Shown: positions 62,990 to 64,000 of the stretch, piece after piece
How positions within the stretch are numbered: the first letter of the stretch is position 1
How the letters are laid out: the number at the start of each line of letters is the position of its first letter
NCBI GenBank assembly: GCA_944322945.1
Contig: CALUQN010000010.1
Location: 2,230-66,229, forward strand
DNA from: Candidatus Gastranaerophilales bacterium
GTDB taxonomy: Bacteria > Cyanobacteriota > Vampirovibrionia > Gastranaerophilales > Gastranaerophilaceae
DNA length: 64,000 nucleotides
Reading direction: 5' to 3'
Made by a program: the position numbers and the translations under genes
The notes under the pieces: model-generated
Seen by the model: only the letters and a program-made list of their open reading frames with translations
Told to the model about the DNA's origin: nothing
The model's database searches: none

Positions 62990-63991
62990 CTATTGAGCTG
63001 CCGAGAGCCTTCCACAAATCTGGACATTTTTAAAATCTTCAGCAGACAGTGGAGAGCTTTTGATATAAGCAATTCCCCCAATAGTTGCAAGGTTCCCTAA
63101 ATCTTTAACCTGTGAAAACATAAAATCAGCATGTCCGCCGATGTTTTCGAGGTTTCCTAAATCTGTAATCTGTGAATACGTAAAATAAGCATTTCTGCCG
63201 ATATTGTAGAGGTTTCCTAAATCTGTAACCTGTGATTGCATAAAATAAGCATTTCTGCCGATATTGTAGAGATTTCCTAAATCTGTAACCTGTGAATTCC
63301 TGAAATCCGCATTCCCGCCAATAACTTCAAGATTTTTTAAATCTGTAACCTCTGAATCAGAGAAATCAGCATCCCATTTGATTGTTTTGACTTTTTCAAT
63401 CAGTTTGTTTTCATCTATTCCTAAATCTTTAAATGTGTAGTCTTTAGATGGCTGCTTATATTCTGAAATTGTTAAATATCCATTTTTACCTTCTTTTACA
63501 TCTATTCCAAAATATTTATAGATTGTTTTAACGTCATTATTTTCTATTGCCTCTTTTAAATCTTTTTTTATTTTTTTGATTTCAATGTGTGTTCTTTCTA
63601 CAGATTTTATTTCATCTTTTGCATTATATGTAAGTTTCAGATTATTTTCATTTATGTGTTTTTGCATAACATCAAAGTATGCAATCGGGATTTTTCTGTC
63701 GTTTTTCTCACCCTGAATTTCCACTATTTCATCCCCTGCAAACCTCACTCCGAGTTTCGGCTTTCCGTTTTCAAGATAAATATGAAAATCCCCTTCCGTA
63801 AGGTATGGTTCTGCGTTATTACTTTTTGTACACCACGTTTTATATGATAGTGTTTTCAGTTTTTCAACGTTTGCTTCAAAATTTTTAGGGTCGTGTTTTT
63901 TAGATGGAATAATAATCCATTTTGTATCGGTTTCACCGGTATCTGTTTCTTTATCCCCAAGATAAAAAGCTCGCAGTTTATTTTGATACAT
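62990..63991 (-). CDS. protein with six 20-aa leucine-rich-repeat-like units at the C-terminus
   Basis: Repeats of the type F.QSQVTDLGNLYNIGRNAY. N-terminal domain unassigned. Confidence 0.7.
   Translation of the reverse strand: MYQNKLRAFYLGDKETDTGETDTKWIIIPSKKHDPKNFEANVEKLKTLSYKTWCTKSNNAEPYLTEGDFHIYLENGKPKLGVRFAGDEIVEIQGEKNDRKIPIAYFDVMQKHINENNLKLTYNAKDEIKSVERTHIEIKKIKKDLKEAIENNDVKTIYKYFGIDVKEGKNGYLTISEYKQPSKDYTFKDLGIDENKLIEKVKTIKWDADFSDSEVTDLKNLEVIGGNADFRNSQVTDLGNLYNIGRNAYFMQSQVTDLGNLYNIGRNAYFTYSQITDLGNLENIGGHADFMFSQVKDLGNLATIGGIAYIKSSPLSAEDFKNVQICGRLSAAQ
63061..63420 (-). repeat. 60-bp coding tandem repeats (about 6 units, two nearly identical)
   Basis: Units 63181..63240 and 63241..63300 differ at only a few positions. 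The periodicity is visible directly in the 60-column sequence layout. Confidence 0.8.
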
Positions 63992-64000
63992 TTTGTTTAA

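Noticed and set aside
62870-63100. 76-aa plus-strand ORF.
   Set aside because: It starts inside the CCCAACCGACAGAA repeat, overlaps the 3' end of the LRR gene in antisense, and has no RBS.

Overview
Low-GC (about 35-38% by eye), densely coding bacterial chromosome segment using the standard code. It holds mostly housekeeping genes: rpsL-rpsG, rplU-rpmA, infC, dnaA-ruvA, a murF-mraY-murD-ftsW-murG-folC block, accD-accA-prmA-kdsB, ilvE, leuD, wecB, dus and rlmH. RNA genes are three tRNAs (Phe-GAA, Gly-UCC, His-GUG) and a long Bacillus-type SRP RNA. No rRNA, CRISPR array, transposase or integrase was seen.

Lineage (inference only): kdsB, mlaE and a TPR lipoprotein-like gene indicate a diderm. 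An RpaB/Ycf27-like regulator and a Ycf23/DUF561-like protein are cyanobacterial heritage markers. Desulfoferrodoxin plus ferritin is an anaerobe-type oxidative-stress pair, and no photosynthesis genes are present. Together these fit a non-photosynthetic cyanobacterial relative (Vampirovibrionia/Melainabacteria-like).

Most interesting signal: three perfect copies and one 1-mismatch copy of the cyanobacterial HLR1 direct-repeat operator, (G/T)TTACA(T/A)(T/A)-N2-(G/T)TTACA(T/A)(T/A). All four are intergenic, and the window also encodes an RpaB orthologue. The sites sit in front of the desulfoferrodoxin-ferritin operon, a divergent pair of unusual small proteins (one Cys/Gly/Ser-rich, one His/Asp-rich), a Met/Gln-rich coiled-coil protein, and the infC region. 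This suggests an RpaB-HLR1 regulon rewired to redox or metal stress targets.

Other notable items:
- tRNA-Phe is embedded in tandem partial copies of its own 5' and 3' halves.
- A ~140-bp MITE-like repeat family is present.
- A hybrid-cluster-protein homologue appears to have lost all its cluster ligands.
- dnaA is buried mid-operon with no DnaA-box cluster nearby.
- Several large orphan proteins share an M-x-[IV]-x-x-[IV] N-terminus.
- An LRR-like gene contains near-identical 60-bp repeats.

All homology calls rest on motif recognition by eye; no database search or folding program was run.
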